The notes below the pieces were generated by a model, which saw only the letters and a list, made by a program, of their open reading frames with translations, was not told the origin of the DNA and ran no database searches. A stretch of DNA of 64,000 nucleotides, taken from assembly GCA_963729635.1 (NCBI GenBank), contig CAVSOP010000009.1, forward strand, positions 64,688 through 128,687. The letters run 5' to 3'. Origin of the DNA: an uncultured archaeon (lineage in GTDB: Archaea; Micrarchaeota; Micrarchaeia; Micrarchaeales; CABMGC01). The position numbers and the translations under genes were made by a program. Below are positions 45,025-55,417 of this stretch, piece by piece. Position 1 is the first letter of the stretch. Every line of letters begins with the position of its first letter.

Positions 45025-46076
45025 GTCACCATCTTCCTTATTTCGTCCTCGGCGAGGCCGTAGCTTCTTCCCTTTACGATTATCCTGAGCGTCGAGACCT
45101 CCATCTCCTTTAGGTAGAGGAAAGCGATTATCGTCCCGAAGGAGAGCACGCTGTGCCTAACCGTCTTGAGCGCGTCGCGGAAGAGCTCGTTCATCATCGC
45201 TATCTCGAAGACCATGAGGGACTTGCCCTTGCCCGCGGAGTACTCCGCGGCGGCCTGCCTAAGGTCGAACGCCCCGATCGCCAGCGCCAGGGCGTCGACG
45301 CCCTTCGAGCTCTCGAAGGCCTTGCCCAGCGCGCCGGTGCCGACGCTCCCGTTGCGGACCAGGTAGCCCTTGACCGCGGCGAACTCGGCGCCGTGCCTCT
45401 TCGCGTTGAGCAGCGTGAGCGCGTTCTTGACGTCTATCCTCCTCGCGATGAGCTGCGCGGATTCCCTGTTTATCTTCCTGAGCCTCTCGATCGTGGAGCC
45501 GAGCTTCGCGTAGTACGCCATGTCTATCGCGCTGTCCACCTCCATGACGCTCTTCGACTTCTTGTACGCGCCGAGCGCCGCCTTGAGCTCCTGCTTGTAC
45601 GGCGTGGCGGCCGAGAGCTTGGCGATCGCGCCCTCGACGCTGTTGGTTGCCATCGCGTCCCTCACCCTGGCGGCGGTGACGTACTTCGCGTCTATGAGGT
45701 ACCTGGATATGTCGTCGAAGCCCTTGCCGGTGATCATCGCGCCGAACATGAACTTCGCGTTGCTCATGTCCCAGATGCCGACTATGTTGCGGACGAGGTC
45801 CTTGCGCGCGGCGGGCGCGACGTCGACGAGCTTGTTCGTCTCGCGGCCCAGGCTCTTGCTCAGCGCGAAGTCTATGAGCTTGTCCATGGACTTGGTCCCT
45901 CCGAACTCCTCGATGTAGCCCTTGTAGCTCGTCTGGAGGAGCATCGCGCCGATGCTCTCCATCTCCTTCGCCGCGAGCATGCGCTCGATCGTGTCCTTCG
46001 CGACGAGCTTGGACTCCATCGCCTTCACTCGGGTGTTGGAGTAGCCGTAATTGATGGCGTCGCGGAATCCTGGCAT
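45012..46076 (-). CDS. atpC: A-type ATP synthase subunit C
   Basis: 354 aa. YGYSNTRVKAMESKL N-terminus; size and operon position fit subunit C (eukaryotic d). Confidence 0.85.
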   Translation of the reverse strand: MPGFRDAINYGYSNTRVKAMESKLVAKDTIERMLAAKEMESIGAMLLQTSYKGYIEEFGGTKSMDKLIDFALSKSLGRETNKLVDVAPAARKDLVRNIVGIWDMSNAKFMFGAMITGKGFDDISRYLIDAKYVTAARVRDAMATNSVEGAIAKLSAATPYKQELKAALGAYKKSKSVMEVDSAIDMAYYAKLGSTIERLRKINRESAQLIARRIDVKNALTLLNAKRHGAEFAAVKGYLVRNGSVGTGALGKAFESSKGVDALALAIGAFDLRQAAAEYSAGKGKSLMVFEIAMMNELFRDALKTVRHSVLSFGTIIAFLYLKEMEVSTLRIIVKGRSYGLAEDEIRKMVTWSR

Positions 46077-46082
46077 CTTCTA

Positions 46083-46783
46083 TCACTTGTGCTTGCGCCC
46101 GCGCTTCAGCTTGGGCTTCGGGGCTCTCCTCGCTTTCTTCGCAGCCTTCTTGGCGGGCTTCCTCTTGGCCTCCCTTCTCGCAGGCCTCGGCTTCGCTCCC
46201 GCGGCCTTCCTGGCGCCCGCCGGCCTCGGCGTCCCGAAGACCCCCGCCCTGAGGGCCTCCCTCACGGCGGCCCTGTTCCTGTCGAAGAGGGTGTCGAGCG
46301 TGGCGTCGATCTTTATCCTGCCGCCGGCCGCGTAGACCACCAGCCCGTCGCTCTTGGCGTACTTTATCTTGCCCGTGAAGCCCTTCACGTACCTGGCGTC
46401 GTCCTTGTCGATGACCAGGGTGAGGTCCTCCATCGGCGAGATCTTCCTGCGCCTCGGCGATCGCGGAGTCGAAGAGCCTCTTGTAGCCCTTCTCCCGGAT
46501 GCGCTTCACGACCGTGGCCCTGGCCCTCTCGACGAGGTCGTCTATGAGACTGCTCCCTGGCCGCGAGCAGGATGTTCCTCTCCTGCATCTCCCTGGACGA
46601 CTTGTACTCGAGGCTTATGCGGCCTATCTCGTCCTTGAGCTCGCGCTCGAAGGCCTCGTTCGCCGCGTTGGCCTTGGCCTTCGCCTCCCTGATCGCGGCC
46701 TCGGCCTCTTCCGCGGCCCCTTTCTCGATGGCGGCGGACTTCTTCCTGGCCTCGTCCAGTATCTCCTTCTGCAGTGCGTCCAA
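46083..46783 (-). CDS. atpE: A-type ATP synthase subunit E with basic A/K/P/R-rich C-terminal tail (two frame disruptions)
   Basis: MDALQKEILDEARKKSAAI... (ORF 46385..46783), IDDLVERARATVVKRIREKGYKRLF (third frame), MEDLTLVIDKDD...IDATLDTLFDRNR (ORF 46083..46433). Single extra bases at 46546 and 46434. Confidence 0.85.
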
Positions 46784-46800
46784 GTGGCATGGTGCCGACC

Positions 46801-47043
46801 TCAGATGCCGATGCCGAAGCCCAGCAGTATCAGCACGGCCACGACGAACGCGAAGATCAGTATGGACTCCGGAAGCACCAGGAAGAGCAAAGCCCTTCCG
46901 AACTCCTCCGGCTTCTCGGCCACGAGGCCCATTCCCGCGCTGCCGATCGCCGCCTGCGCCATAGCCGTGCCTATGGCTCCTCCGAGAATCGCCAGTCCTG
47001 CGCCTATCGCTCCTATCGCTGCGTCTGTTCCTAGTGTCATCAA
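46801..47043 (-). CDS. atpK: A-type ATP synthase subunit K (proteolipid c)
   Basis: 80 aa. Two TM helices, G/A-rich first helix, conserved Glu in LVLPESILIF. Confidence 0.9.
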   Translation of the reverse strand: MMTLGTDAAIGAIGAGLAILGGAIGTAMAQAAIGSAGMGLVAEKPEEFGRALLFLVLPESILIFAFVVAVLILLGFGIGI

Positions 47044-47044
47044 A

Positions 47045-48971
47045 TCATTCCTCTTTAGTGTAACGCCTCTTGTAACCGAACGGGCTGAACTCTACCCCGC
47101 CTCCCTCGTAGAACTTCGAGAAGAACTCAACGAAGTTGAGCCTGACCGCCTGCACCGAGCCCTCGAATATGCCCAGTATCATATTCATGAAGTGCAGCAA
47201 TATAAAGATTACGAGGGTCAGCGAGAAGACCACTATGCCGCTGGACAGCGACGGCGTGAAGACCACGTCTATGAGAAGCGCGGTCATGACGCTAGCGAGC
47301 CCGAAGCCCATGAGCCGCGCGTAGCTCAGGGGGTGGGAGATCAGGCTGGTCATCTCGACCGCCTCCGATCCCGCTGAGGACCACTGTGGCCAGCGCCGCG
47401 ACCACCGAGGCGGCCGCGCAGACGACCGCATACTGGCTGAGTATCCCGAAGAAAGTGCCCGCTATCGCGACCGTGCCCGCGAGCAGGAACACGATGGACG
47501 TGATCTTGCTTATCGCCAGCTTGACGTGGCCCTTATTGTACTGGTTGATGAAGCCGAACGCAAGGCCGAGGGTCACCTGCACGATCCCCATGAGCACCCC
47601 CGCCGCCAGTATGGTGGTGAGGTTCTTGAGCCAGTCGAAGCCCTGGAAGGTCGTGAAGTACTGGTTCATCGGGAGGCCGAAGTACTGGTTCGAGAGGAAG
47701 CCGAAGAAGATTATGGATACGGAGCAGAGCTGCCATATCTTCGCCGTGTTGCAGACCAGGTCGTCGGGGTTCGTTATCCTGGTGACCAGCGTCGCGAGCA
47801 GGAACGACATGATGCCGTAGCCCACGTCGGAGATCATCAGGCCGTAGAATATCGGGAACGTGAGTATGAATATCCAGGTCGGATCCAGCTCGTCGCTCCT
47901 CGGCAGGTTGACGAAGCTCACGAGGAAGTCGAAGGGCTTCAGGAACTCCGGCCGCTTTACGAGCGTCGGCGCCAGTTCGTCTGTCTCGAGCGCGTCAAGC
48001 ATGAACCTGCCCCTGGCGACCCTCTCCAGGTCGGCGCGGAGCGAGCCCAGGCGGCCCTTCACGATCCAGCCCTCGATTATGAACGTCGAGTCGGTCTTCT
48101 TGAAGTTCGCGCTGACCCCGGCCCTGTCGGCCTCGACGGCGAGCATCTCTATGATGCTGGCGATCTCCAGGTAGCTCTTCGAGGCGTGGTTCACGAGCTT
48201 TCGGAGGATCTCCGCCTTCTCCGCTGCAAGCTTCTGCCGCCGCCCGTCGAGCCGCGCGAGCACTTCCTCCGGCTTCCCGTCGAGCCTGCCGTTCTCGATG
48301 TCTATCTCGTAGACGCCGTTCATCCCCGTGATCCCGCCGAGCGCCTCCGCGCCGCCCTTCCTGTACGCTATGAACAGCAGCCGCTCGTCCTTCGTCTGCT
48401 TGTGTATCATCTCGTGGGCCCCCCTGAGCGTCGCGAGCTCAGCGTCGACCTTCGCAGACGCGCCCTTCGCTATGGAGAACGCCCTGAACGAGAGCACGCC
48501 GCTCCCCAGCCTCGAGAAGTCTATCCCGGTGCCCGTGAAGCGGTTGGCGAGCGTCCTCGCCTCTGCGATGGAGTTCAGCTCCGCGTCTATCGCGTTCCTG
48601 CGCTCCTCCAGCGAGAAGACCTCTCCCACCGCCTTCAGCGACCTCGCCTTCGCTATGAGCAGCTCGCCGTCGACCTGCCTGTGCGCAGCGGCGTGAGCCC
48701 TGACCTTCTTCTCGTCGAGGTGCTTCTCCACCACGACCTTGAGCTTCTTGTCCAGGTGCCTCCTGAGTATCGCCTCCGCGGACCTGTACCTGATGGTCAG
48801 CTCGGAGACGGCGGGCACCTCCAGCGCGGCGTCGTCCTGCGCCGGGAGCGCGCTCTTCCTTATGTCCATGACCCCCCTCTTGTGGAGCTCCTTTATGATC
48901 GCGTACTTCCTGTTCTTGAGGGCTATTATCCTGATCTTCTGCATCCGCTCGGTATGGAGCAAATCATTCAC
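47045..48971 (-). CDS. atpI: A-type ATP synthase subunit I (a) (one frame disruption near the 3' end)
   Basis: ORF 47292..48971 has a cytoplasmic coiled-coil N-domain and TM helices. The conserved last helices (ISHPLSYARLMGFGLAS...LHFMN...VQAVRLNFVEFFSKFY) lie in ORF 47045..47431. Switch near 47365. Confidence 0.85.
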
Positions 48972-49290
48972 CCAGGATCTGATCGGCGACCTTCCTAGCG
49001 AGCCTGCCGACGACCTCGCGGCTGACCCTCCTGCCCCTTACCTTGGAGGCCTCCTTCTGGGCGTCAGCGACCGCCTTCCTGTTCTCCGCCTCGAGCCTCT
49101 TCGTCGCCTCGGCGATCCGCGCGGTCCTCTGCGCGGCCGTGGTCGTCGCGGCGTTCTCGACGATGTTCCTGGCCTTCGAATTGGCCTCGTCCACCACCGC
49201 CTTGCCCCTGGCGTTCGCCTTCTCGACTAGCGCCTTGGCCTGGCTCTCCGCCTCCTCAACCTTGCTTATCGATTCCATTCCGCTGGTCAT
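48964..49290 (-). CDS. atpH: A-type ATP synthase subunit H
   Basis: 108 aa, alanine/charged coiled-coil (ISKVEEAESQAKALVEKANARGKAVVDEA). First gene of the operon; overlaps atpI by 8 nt. Confidence 0.8.
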   Translation of the reverse strand: MTSGMESISKVEEAESQAKALVEKANARGKAVVDEANSKARNIVENAATTTAAQRTARIAEATKRLEAENRKAVADAQKEASKVRGRRVSREVVGRLARKVADQILGE

Positions 49291-49362
49291 TCTATCCCGT
49301 ACAAATAGTGCAAATAATACTACGTTGGCGTTTAAAAACCTTTTGAATTTTTAACATAGGCT

Positions 49363-50016
49363 TTAGGCACGCGCCCGCTTTTCGGGACGCGCGGTGCTCG
49401 AAGGGCAGATTTCCTTCAGCACGCACCTCTCGCAGCGCTTGCGCCTCGCGGTGCAGGTGTCCCTCCCCAGCTCTATGAGCAGGCCGTTCACCTTGCCCCA
49501 GTCCTTCCTCGGGATCCTCCGCGTCAGGTCCGACTCTATCCTGTAAGGGTCCCTGTTCCTCGTCAGCCCGAGCCTCCTGGAAGTCACCGCGACGTGCGTG
49601 TCCACTGCTATGCCCTCGTCTATCCCGTAGCCCTCGCTGAGGACGACGTTCGCTATCTTTCGCCCGACCCCGTCAAGCTCCAGCAGCTCCCCAAGTGTCC
49701 GCGGGACCCTCCCGCCGAACCGCTCGACTATCGCCCTGGACGCGGACCTCAGGTGCCTGGCCTTGGTCTTGTAGAAGTTTATCCCCTTCAGGCATCTCCT
49801 GAGCTCCTTGGGGTCCGAATCTGCATAATCCCCGAAAGACCTGAACCGCCTGAACAGCTGCGCCGTGGTCTCGTTCACCTGCTTGTCCGTGCACTGCGGG
49901 GAGAGCAGCGCGGCGACGAAGAGCTCGGTCGTGCCGGCGTGCCTGAGCTGGGTGTGGAGTTTCTTGCCGTACTTCCTGTATAGCTTTTTTAATACGACGC
50001 TCGCATAGTCATCCAT
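49363..50016 (-). CDS. nth: Endonuclease III (DNA glycosylase/AP lyase)
   Basis: 217 aa. HhH-GPD (LELDGVGRKIANVVL) and the 4Fe-4S motif CTARRKRCERCVLKEIC. Confidence 0.9.
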   Translation of the reverse strand: MDDYASVVLKKLYRKYGKKLHTQLRHAGTTELFVAALLSPQCTDKQVNETTAQLFRRFRSFGDYADSDPKELRRCLKGINFYKTKARHLRSASRAIVERFGGRVPRTLGELLELDGVGRKIANVVLSEGYGIDEGIAVDTHVAVTSRRLGLTRNRDPYRIESDLTRRIPRKDWGKVNGLLIELGRDTCTARRKRCERCVLKEICPSSTARPEKRARA

Positions 50017-50053
50017 GTGCGTTCCTTGGTCTTGAACGCATAAAAGTGTTCCG

Positions 50054-50884
50054 ATGAGCAGGAAACCGGCAGTCGCTGACGTGTTCTATCCGGCGGACGC
50101 CAAGGCGCTCGGCGGGCTCGTGGAGGGCTTCCTGAAGAAGGCCCGCGCGGGCAGTAACGCGCCCTGCCGCGCGCTGTCGGTCGTCGCCCCTCACGCGGGA
50201 TACGTCTACTCCGGCCAGGTCGCCGCCTACTCGTACGCCGCGCTGTCGGAGTCCCACAGGAGGAGGAAGTTCGACTCGCTGGTGATCGTGGGCCCCAACC
50301 ACACCGGCCGCGGCGAGCCCATCGCCGTCTCGATGCAGGACTGGGAGACGCCGCTCGGAACGGTAAGGAACGACGCCGCGCTGTCCAGGAGGATAATCGG
50401 CCACTCGGAACTCATCTCCGAGGACGAGGACGCGCACGAGGGGGAGCATTCTGTGGAGGTCCAGCTTCCTTTCGTGCAGGTCGCGCTCGGCGACGTGCCT
50501 TGCGTTTTCGTTTGCATGGGCGACCAGTCGCCGGAGTCCAGCGAGCTGCTGTGCAAGGCGATACTCTCCGCGGCCAAGGGCCTAAGGCGCAATGTTGCCG
50601 TAGTCGCGAGCTCGGACTTCGACCACTACGAGCCGGCCGGCGTGGCGAAGGGCAAGGACCTGCCCGCGATCGAGGCGATAGGGAAATTGGACGTGAGCAA
50701 GTTCAACGGCCTTCTCGCGGGGAGCGGCGACACCGCCTGCGGCTACGGCCCGATCTCTGTAGCTGCCGGGTTCGCGAAGGCGTGCGGCGCCGGGGAGGGA
50801 CGCCTGCTGAAGTACGCGAACTCGGGGGACGTGACCAAGGACTACTCGTCGGTAGTCGCCTACGCCAGCATCGCTTTCGTATAG
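50054..50884 (+). CDS. MEMO1-family protein (AmmeMemoRadiSam system protein B)
   Basis: 276 aa. AVADVFYPAD...VVAPHAGYVYSGQVAAYSY...GEHSVEVQLPF... matches the Memo family. Confidence 0.85.
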   Translation: MSRKPAVADVFYPADAKALGGLVEGFLKKARAGSNAPCRALSVVAPHAGYVYSGQVAAYSYAALSESHRRRKFDSLVIVGPNHTGRGEPIAVSMQDWETPLGTVRNDAALSRRIIGHSELISEDEDAHEGEHSVEVQLPFVQVALGDVPCVFVCMGDQSPESSELLCKAILSAAKGLRRNVAVVASSDFDHYEPAGVAKGKDLPAIEAIGKLDVSKFNGLLAGSGDTACGYGPISVAAGFAKACGAGEGRLLKYANSGDVTKDYSSVVAYASIAFV

Positions 50885-50960
50885 CGACCTCGCAAGCGTT
50901 ATTATCCTTGCAGCCGCATTATAGCGACCTCGCAAGCGTTATTATCCTTGCAGCCGCATT
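50881..50960. repeat. Perfect 40-bp tandem duplication (2 copies)
   Basis: ATAGCGACCTCGCAAGCGTTATTATCCTTGCAGCCGCATT at 50881..50920 and 50921..50960. The first copy includes the Memo stop codon (50882..50884). Confidence 0.95.
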
Positions 50961-50984
50961 CTACAACATAATAAGGGAGATGCG

Positions 50985-51578
50985 ATGGCAGACGATCCGC
51001 AGGACGGCATCTACGAGCCCGCGGAGGATTCGTTCCTGCTGCTGTGCGCGGCCGACCTCGCGAAGGGCAGGGTGCTGGACCTCTGCTCGGGGAGCGGGAT
51101 AGTGGGCCTCCGCGCGGCGCAGCGCGCCGACGAGGCGCTCCTCATCGACGTTAACCCGAAGGCGGTAGCGCACATGCGCAAGGAGATCCTCTCGCGCGGG
51201 CTCAAGAACTGCAGCGCCGTGGTCTCGGACCTCTACGAGAACCTCGGGAAGGAGAAGTTCGATTTCATATTCGCGAACCCGCCTTACCTCCCGTGCGAGT
51301 GCAAGGGCGGCGTCTGCAAGGAGCTGCATTCCTGCGGAGGCAAGCACGGCTACGAGATAACCCTGCGGATAATCAAGGGGCTGAGGGACCACCTGGCGGA
51401 GCACGGCAGGGCGTTCCTGATAACCTCCACCGCCTATGACGTGGATGTCGTGCGGGACGCGATAACCAAGGCGGGATTCTCCTTCAGGAAGATGGGCTCG
51501 GAGAAGTTCTTCTTCGAGGAGCTCGGCCTGCTCGAGATCTGGGCTCCCGAGGGCGGCAGCGCCGGGCAACATATTTAA
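50985..51578 (+). CDS. HemK/Mtq2-like N5-glutamine (release-factor) methyltransferase
   Basis: 197 aa. VLDLCSGSGIVG (SAM motif I) and FIFANPPYLP (NPPY). Confidence 0.8.
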   Translation: MADDPQDGIYEPAEDSFLLLCAADLAKGRVLDLCSGSGIVGLRAAQRADEALLIDVNPKAVAHMRKEILSRGLKNCSAVVSDLYENLGKEKFDFIFANPPYLPCECKGGVCKELHSCGGKHGYEITLRIIKGLRDHLAEHGRAFLITSTAYDVDVVRDAITKAGFSFRKMGSEKFFFEELGLLEIWAPEGGSAGQHI

Positions 51579-51617
51579 TTGCTGCGTTGGTAATTCAATC
51601 AAGAACGGAGGACCTGG

Positions 51618-52493
51618 ATGCCCAAACAAGACCTTGCATATCTCTTGCTGAGCCTGAGGGAGGATGTCAGGGGCCTCCGCTTCCTGTTGGATGCCTTCGG
51701 CAACTGGTACGATTTCGCGCTCCTCTGGATCGGGGTCAAGGACGACGTGACCCTGGTGTGCAATTACCCCCGCTGCAAACTCAAGACAGTCAGCATCGAC
51801 GCGGGGGACGGCCTGATAAGGATCGTCTACAGGAACAGGCCGCTGCTCTTCAGGTTCGCCTCGAGGAAGCAGCTGGGCAACGCGATGCGGAACATCTATC
51901 AGTGCTTCATACAGGAGCAGTACGGGGCCGTGCGGGTGAGGAACAGGACCGTAGTGGACATCGGAGCGAACAACGGGGACAGCGCGATATATTTCGTGGC
52001 GAATGGCGCGTCCAAGGTGTACGCCTACGAGCCGTACCCCCGCTCTTTCGGCCAGGCGAGGGGCAACATCCGGCTCAATGGCATGCAGAAGAAGGTGAGG
52101 CTGGCCAACGAGGCGGTCGGCGCGCGGGCCGGGGAGGTGTCCCTGGACCCCGGATACGAGAGCGTGAGCAACTCGATGCTCGAGGAATCGCGGCACGGGA
52201 AGAGGATAAGGGTGACGACCCTTGACCGCATCGTGGCCGCGCACAGATTGCGGAACGCGGTGCTCAAGGTGGACTGCGAGGGGAGCGAGTACGGGATATT
52301 CTCGGGCGCCAGCGACGCCTCCCTCGCATGCTTCGACCAGGTGGCCATAGAGTACCACTTCGGCTACGAGCGGCTGGTGAAGAGGCTGATGGCCGCGGGG
52401 TTCAGGGTGAGCTACACCGAGCCGAAGGCGACCAGGAACGCGGAGACCAACGGCGTGAGGATCGTGTACGGTGACATATATGCAAGGAGGTAG
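51618..52493 (+). CDS. FkbM-family methyltransferase
   Basis: 291 aa. VVDIGANNGDSAIYFVANGASKVYAYEPYPRSF...LKVDCEGSEYGI matches the FkbM family. Confidence 0.75.
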   Translation: MPKQDLAYLLLSLREDVRGLRFLLDAFGNWYDFALLWIGVKDDVTLVCNYPRCKLKTVSIDAGDGLIRIVYRNRPLLFRFASRKQLGNAMRNIYQCFIQEQYGAVRVRNRTVVDIGANNGDSAIYFVANGASKVYAYEPYPRSFGQARGNIRLNGMQKKVRLANEAVGARAGEVSLDPGYESVSNSMLEESRHGKRIRVTTLDRIVAAHRLRNAVLKVDCEGSEYGIFSGASDASLACFDQVAIEYHFGYERLVKRLMAAGFRVSYTEPKATRNAETNGVRIVYGDIYARR

Positions 52494-54143
52494 GCGCGCG
52501 GGCCTCGGGGGGCGAACTGTCACCGCCACGGGGCTCAGGCGCGACCGCGACGAGCGGCGCAGGAGGCTCGTGCTTCTGGCCCTCGTCATAATCATGGGCT
52601 ACGCGCTCGTCTACCAGCTAGTCTTCGTGGAGGGCCCGTCCTATTTCGGAGACGACACCGTGTACACATACTACGCCAACCTCGCGCTCCACGGGACGTT
52701 CTCGGAGAACATGGACATATTCAGCGTCAGGCTCCTCAACATCTACCCCATCGCGCTCTTCTACGCCCTCTTCGGAATCGGCAAGCTCTCCAGCGCGGGG
52801 TGGGCCATAGTCTCCTTCCTCGGATCCATAGCGATCGCCTTTCTCCTGGGCAGGGAGCTGTACGACGAATACGCCGGCCTGCTCGCGGCCCTTCTGCTCA
52901 GCTTCTTCCCCCTCCTGGTGGCGCTCTCCGGCACCCCAAGCCCGAACATCCCGGAGATGTTCCTGGCGGGATTGGCGGTCCTCGCGGCGGTCTACGGGGT
53001 CAGGAGGAACTCGAGGGGATGGTATTTCGCGAGCGGGGCCTCGCTCGTCGCGGCAGTCCTGGCGACGCCGGAGAGCGGCTACATCGTCCCTGTCGTGTTC
53101 GCCTACCTGCTCGCGGAGCTGCTCAGGAAGAAGATAAGGGTGGATCGGACCAGCCTCTTCTTCGTGGCCGGAATCCTGATCGCGGGGGCGTCCGTCCTGC
53201 TCGTCAACTACGTCTCCTGCGGCAACCCGCTGCAGACGCTGACTGTGACCTCCGCGGTGTACAGCACCGCCGGTACGCCGGCGGAGGGCATAATCATCAA
53301 CACGAACCCATACTTCTACTTCGGCGTCATGTTCCCGTACAACGCGATCGGCTCCCTGGCTTCGATGCTGGCCGGGCATAACCTAGGCCCGACCGCGATC
53401 TGGAATTACGTCTTCCAGGCGAACTACAACTTCGCAGGCTTCTTCTTCTACGCGTTCGCGCTCTGCGCGGCGTACCTGCTCCTCGCACGGGAGAGGAGGG
53501 CCTACGTGCCGCTGCTCTGGTTCGCGATCGGCTTCCTGTTCCTGGAGTTCGGGCCAATATACGTCAGCCTGGTCCCTTTCAAGTACCTGCTCACGCACAG
53601 GCTCGAGAGGTACCTGACGCTGATAGCGATACCTCTCGCGCTGACGGTGTCCTTCGCGGTGATGAGCCTCCGTGAGAGGCTGCGGAAGGCGAAGCACGGA
53701 TACCTGGCGCTCGTCCCGTTCGTCCTGGTAGCCTTCCTGATAGTGACCGCCATACCCGTCGAGCAGCTTCTGTACCGACGCTGAACTACCAGCTCTACGA
53801 CCAGACTGCGATCGCGAACTACCTCAACGCTATGCCCAACACGACAAGGATAGCCTACGAGAGCGGGTTCTCGATAATGCAGGTCTACATGCACTATGAC
53901 AACATGACCAGGTTCCTTGTCTACGACCAGCTGAAGAACTGCACCGAGATACCCTCTGGATATTACGTCGTAATGCCCGAGTACGACGAGGTCTTCGGCC
54001 TGAACTACACGCCGAACCCCATCCAGTACTGCCCCGACTGGGAACTCGTCTACTCCCCGCAGATAGGCGGCAGCTATCCCGCCTACATAACCGGCGCCGG
54101 GCAGATGAGCGCCGCGCAGTTGTACTACGTGCGGCCAGGGTGA
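52471..54143 (+). CDS. GT-C fold glycosyltransferase (ArnT/PMT, GT39-like) multi-pass membrane protein (one frame disruption)
   Basis: More than 10 hydrophobic segments. N-terminal YFGDDTVYTYYANLALHG loop as in ArnT/PMT_2 enzymes. The extracytoplasmic C-domain continues in ORF 53832..54143 after a switch near 53780. Confidence 0.55.
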
Positions 54144-54245
54144 ACTCCCTTTCGGCTCCCGTGTAAGCAATAAATACCCTGAGCAACAATGATGTGTACG
54201 TTGGCATCGTCCGGGCAGCGCCTTGGCGGAGCACGGTGACTATTC

Positions 54246-55321
54246 ATGGCGGCAAGGGAATTCCTGGGATTGGGCATCACTGCGCTCAAGTCTAATTTCA
54301 CCGCGCTGGTCGAGCCCTACAAGCTCAACTTCGCCATAACCTACCGATGCCAGGCACGCTGCAGGACGTGCAACATCTGGCAGACGAAGCCGAGCGGCGA
54401 GCTGACGCTCGAGGAGATAACCAGGTTCGCGGAGAAGAACCCCTCCTTCAGGTGGATCACGATAACTGGCGGAGAGCCCTTCCTGAGGAGCGACATAGTC
54501 GAGATAGTAGACGCCTTCAGGAGGAACTCGAGAGGGCTCTACCTGGTCACGATCCCGACCAACTCCCTGTCGAGCAGGGAGCTCGTTCTCGGCAAGGTGG
54601 AGGAGATAATGAAGCTCGGCATACCCAAGCTCTCTATAACTCTCAGCCTCGACGGGGGCCGCGGGCTGCACGACGAGCTGAGGGGCGTCCCGGGGCGTTC
54701 GACCGGGTGATGGCGCTGGCCAAGGGGCTCAGGGAGCTCCAGAAGAGATATTCCGGCCTCTACTTCGTCTTCGGCTACACGATAAGCAGGTACAACGTAG
54801 GAAGGCTCAAGGAAACCTACGAGGCGGTTAGGAAGGAGATCCCGGAGGCCGCATGGAACAACTTCCACGTCAACGTGGCGCATACGTCGGAGATATACTA
54901 CAGCAACCTCAACATGGACCTGAAGACCGAGAACGCGGCGATAGCGCGGGAGCTCAGAGGCTTCGTAAGGAAGAGGAGAGCCGGGGCCAACGCCCTGGAC
55001 GCGGTCGAGAGCGTATTTCTGAGGAACCTGATCAAGTACGTCGAGACCGGCGAGTCCCCGATGAGGAGCAGGAGTCTCGACGCGTCCCTGTTCGTAGACA
55101 GCAACGGGAACGTCTTCCCCTCGATAATGTGGGCCAGGAAGCTCGGGAACCTCAGGGATACCGGTTACGACCTGAGACCGATATGGGCCGGCGCGCAGGC
55201 CGCTGAGGCGCGGAAGCTGCTGCGGGAGGGAAAGGAGCCCGTTTCGTGGACCGCGTGCGAGGCGTACCAGGCGATAGTCGGAAACCTGCCGAGCTTCATC
55301 GGTCTCTTTCTCCCCGTATGA
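54246..55321 (+). CDS. Radical SAM enzyme (one frame disruption)
   Basis: FAITYRCQARCRTCNIW (CxxxCxxC), ITGGEPFLR. The second half lies in the frame of ORF 54347..55321. Switch near 54690. Confidence 0.75.
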
Positions 55322-55417
55322 GTGGGCCTGCGCGCAAAGCATCTCCAACGCACCTCAGCGGAAGTCATATATATCTACATGTTGTAACATGTTATGACAT
55401 TATAATACGTGATACGA

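Noticed and set aside
43088-48998. Long plus-strand ORFs 43088..44932 (614 aa), 45153..46547 (464 aa) and 47526..48998 (490 aa)
   Set aside because: All are antisense to the atp operon (atpA, atpC/E, atpI). Their compositions are Arg/Pro/Leu/His-biased shadow-ORF compositions.
50961-52595. 544-aa minus-strand ORF
   Set aside because: It is antisense to the HemK-like and FkbM methyltransferase genes, which have clear family motifs. The translation is Arg/Pro/His/Leu-rich with no recognisable domain.
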